Of a stretch of DNA of 64,000 nt, positions 62,383 to 64,000 are shown piece by piece (positions within the stretch are counted from its first letter, which is position 1; each line of letters opens with the position of its first letter). The notes beneath the pieces are model-generated. The model was not told the origin of the DNA, did not search any database, and worked only from the letters and a program-made list of their open reading frames with translations. The DNA lies in the IMG/VR virus record IMGVR_UViG_3300020219_000001; one strand, given 5' to 3'. Source of the DNA: an uncultured virus (IMG/VR IMGVR_UViG_3300020219_000001). Taxonomy: Duplodnaviria; Heunggongvirae; Uroviricota; Caudoviricetes. A program made the position numbers and the translations under genes.

Positions 62383-62575
62383 CTAGCTTAGATAGTGGCA
62401 AGATCGACCCTCGCGCGTTTGGCATTTTCGGCACGACTCCACAATAGAGCATAAGCGCCACATTCGGAAATGAGCCGGCGCGTCGCGCCGCAAAATCGGC
62501 CGCGCTTGAATAACGGGCGCATCTCGTTTTTCAGGTAGAACACTCCCCGCCGTAAATCCCGTTCGATGTCCGACA

Positions 62576-63880
62576 TTAGGCAACCTCCTCACAGATGGAA
62601 TAATTGGTCCCAAACTTACAGGCCCGCTGACGGTAAAATTCCGTCAATTCATCATCGCCCCAAATCTCGGCAAGCTTGGCAAACCAGGCACGATCGTCAA
62701 GACGCCACAAGGCGCACACTTCGTCACAGGTGAGCTTGCTGAAGTAATCGACAAACTTGACATGCGCGACAACCCAGTTGCAAACCTTACCACCGTCAAG
62801 AGTCGCAGTATGCAGACGAACCTCAAAGGTGTTGTGAACGGCATAGGCCGCAAAATTCACCCAACGGTAACGAGGCTGAGAAGCGGCCCAACCCTCCCAT
62901 TCGGAATCTTCCATCGTTTGCATATCATCGGCAGACCAGTCAAATTGCTTGCAGAAGCGATTTTCCCTACGATCCCGATGGACGAAAGAACCCCACACTT
63001 TGGCGCTCATGGCATAAGCGGCACAGACCGCACGCTTGGCTTCGTCGGAAAGATCGGCAGCACCGATATGAAGGTGAAAACCGCACCGACTGTCAACGTC
63101 GAAAGAACTGGCGTTGTCGCAAAAATCGGAAATGGCCGTCAAACCCCGATCGCCGCGCAGAACCTCAGAGACGAACTCTTTCCCCGAGATGCTACCATCC
63201 TCACAGGCGGTGAAATGGGTCTGGCCGTCAAGATCGGCAATATCGTCGCATTGCGAAGTTTCAAGCTCGACGCCGAATGTGCGGAGGCTGCCGATTTTAG
63301 CGAATGTATCGTCGTCGCGGAATCGGAACTCGCAAGCTTCGCACTCACCATCGGAACTAGGCATACAATCGTCACAATAGCAACAACCGTGGCGCTCGTG
63401 ATAGTTCATGTTGTCACGACTCACCCAGTCGTTACAACCCTCACAGCAGTCATAGTGCTCACTATGGCACTCGTTGCAATAATCGCTACCATCCTGCCGG
63501 ACGATGTCATCGGTAACGAAGTAATTATTGCAACATTCGCACTGCGTGAATTTATCGTCAAAACAGGACTCACACCACTTTTCGCCACGATACCTGCGAC
63601 CGTCATGTTCCTTGCAATCGTCAAGATCGCCCACCTCACCACAATCGGTGCAGGTGAAGTAATCGTCACTGCACGACTCACAGATACATTCGCCATCTTT
63701 GTTAAGATAGTCAAGATCGTCAGAGTCGCCACAATCGGCACAGACGGCATCTTCCGCAGCTTCCGTCACAACCGGCCCCATCGGAGCGACCGGAGCCATC
63801 GGCACTTGACCGACCAACTCGTACAATCCGAACAACTCACCGAATGTGCGTTGTAAGTATGTTTTGCAAGTTTGGCACAT
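62576..63880 (-). CDS. Putative amidoligase (COOH-NH2 ligase fold) with N-terminal CxxC repeats
   Basis: FGVELE, DGSI..KEFVS, CGFHLHIG, RY..VN and TFEVR; many CxxC pairs at the N-terminus. Confidence 0.85.
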   Translation of the reverse strand: MCQTCKTYLQRTFGELFGLYELVGQVPMAPVAPMGPVVTEAAEDAVCADCGDSDDLDYLNKDGECICESCSDDYFTCTDCGEVGDLDDCKEHDGRRYRGEKWCESCFDDKFTQCECCNNYFVTDDIVRQDGSDYCNECHSEHYDCCEGCNDWVSRDNMNYHERHGCCYCDDCMPSSDGECEACEFRFRDDDTFAKIGSLRTFGVELETSQCDDIADLDGQTHFTACEDGSISGKEFVSEVLRGDRGLTAISDFCDNASSFDVDSRCGFHLHIGAADLSDEAKRAVCAAYAMSAKVWGSFVHRDRRENRFCKQFDWSADDMQTMEDSEWEGWAASQPRYRWVNFAAYAVHNTFEVRLHTATLDGGKVCNWVVAHVKFVDYFSKLTCDEVCALWRLDDRAWFAKLAEIWGDDELTEFYRQRACKFGTNYSICEEVA

Positions 63881-63924
63881 TGTCGCGACTCCCGTTGCGT
63901 TGCGTCCCGTTGCCTTACACTTAC

Positions 63925-63980
63925 AATCTAGGTCGCATCTATTAACTTGCAAGTTACTAGATGCAAGAAACTAGCAAGTT
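63925..63980 (-). promoter_or_regulatory. Leftward promoter TTGCAA-N16-TAGATT with clustered operator copies
   Basis: CAAGTTACTAG (63950-63960) and CAAGAAACTAG (63964-63974) match the early-promoter operator. Confidence 0.7.
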
Positions 63981-64000
63981 AGCGCCTAAGTCTATGCGCC

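Noticed and set aside
61479..62461. ORFs across the repeat region
   Set aside because: They are open in several frames only because the repeats lack stop codons; no RBS or coupling supports them.
62762..63856. 364-aa plus-strand ORF
   Set aside because: Antisense to the motif-bearing amidoligase gene; its composition reflects reverse-strand codons.

Overview
The window is an internal 64 kb segment of a large, probably temperate, dsDNA bacteriophage genome. It is GC-rich, almost all genes are on the + strand and tightly coupled, and no clear capsid, terminase or portal gene is present. A Planctomycetota host is suggested by the style of the integrase and ECF sigma genes, but this is inference only. 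1-33 kb carries replication, nucleotide-metabolism and RNA-repair genes: SNF2-like helicase end, family A DNA polymerase, VRR-NUC, sigma factor, DNA and RNA ligases, class II RNR, dCMP deaminase, PhoH, MazG, MTase, Pth2, phosphoesterases and exonucleases. 33-35.3 kb carries an excisionase, a tyrosine integrase and an attP built on a chimeric tRNA-Gly(CCC) flanked by arm-type repeats. 35.5-40 kb is the most unusual locus: an ECF sigma gene, then a promoter, then a five-unit non-coding array, then Ro60/TROVE, a solo RAMP/Cas7-like gene, a Lys/Pro micro-ORF and a terminator/antiterminator-like RNA. The array alternates three Y-RNA-like hairpins with two tRNA bodies whose anticodon arms carry a strand-swapped Y-RNA module; one of them retains a Lys(UUU) loop. 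40-61 kb holds small accessory and early genes, including an HD hydrolase, ThyX, a LuxR-type regulator and a GATase, with six near-identical promoters each containing an operator. 61-62.4 kb is a non-coding modular repeat region, followed by a minus-strand amidoligase gene. Two promoter classes were read directly from the sequence. All calls rest on motif recognition and hand folding; no database search or computation was run.
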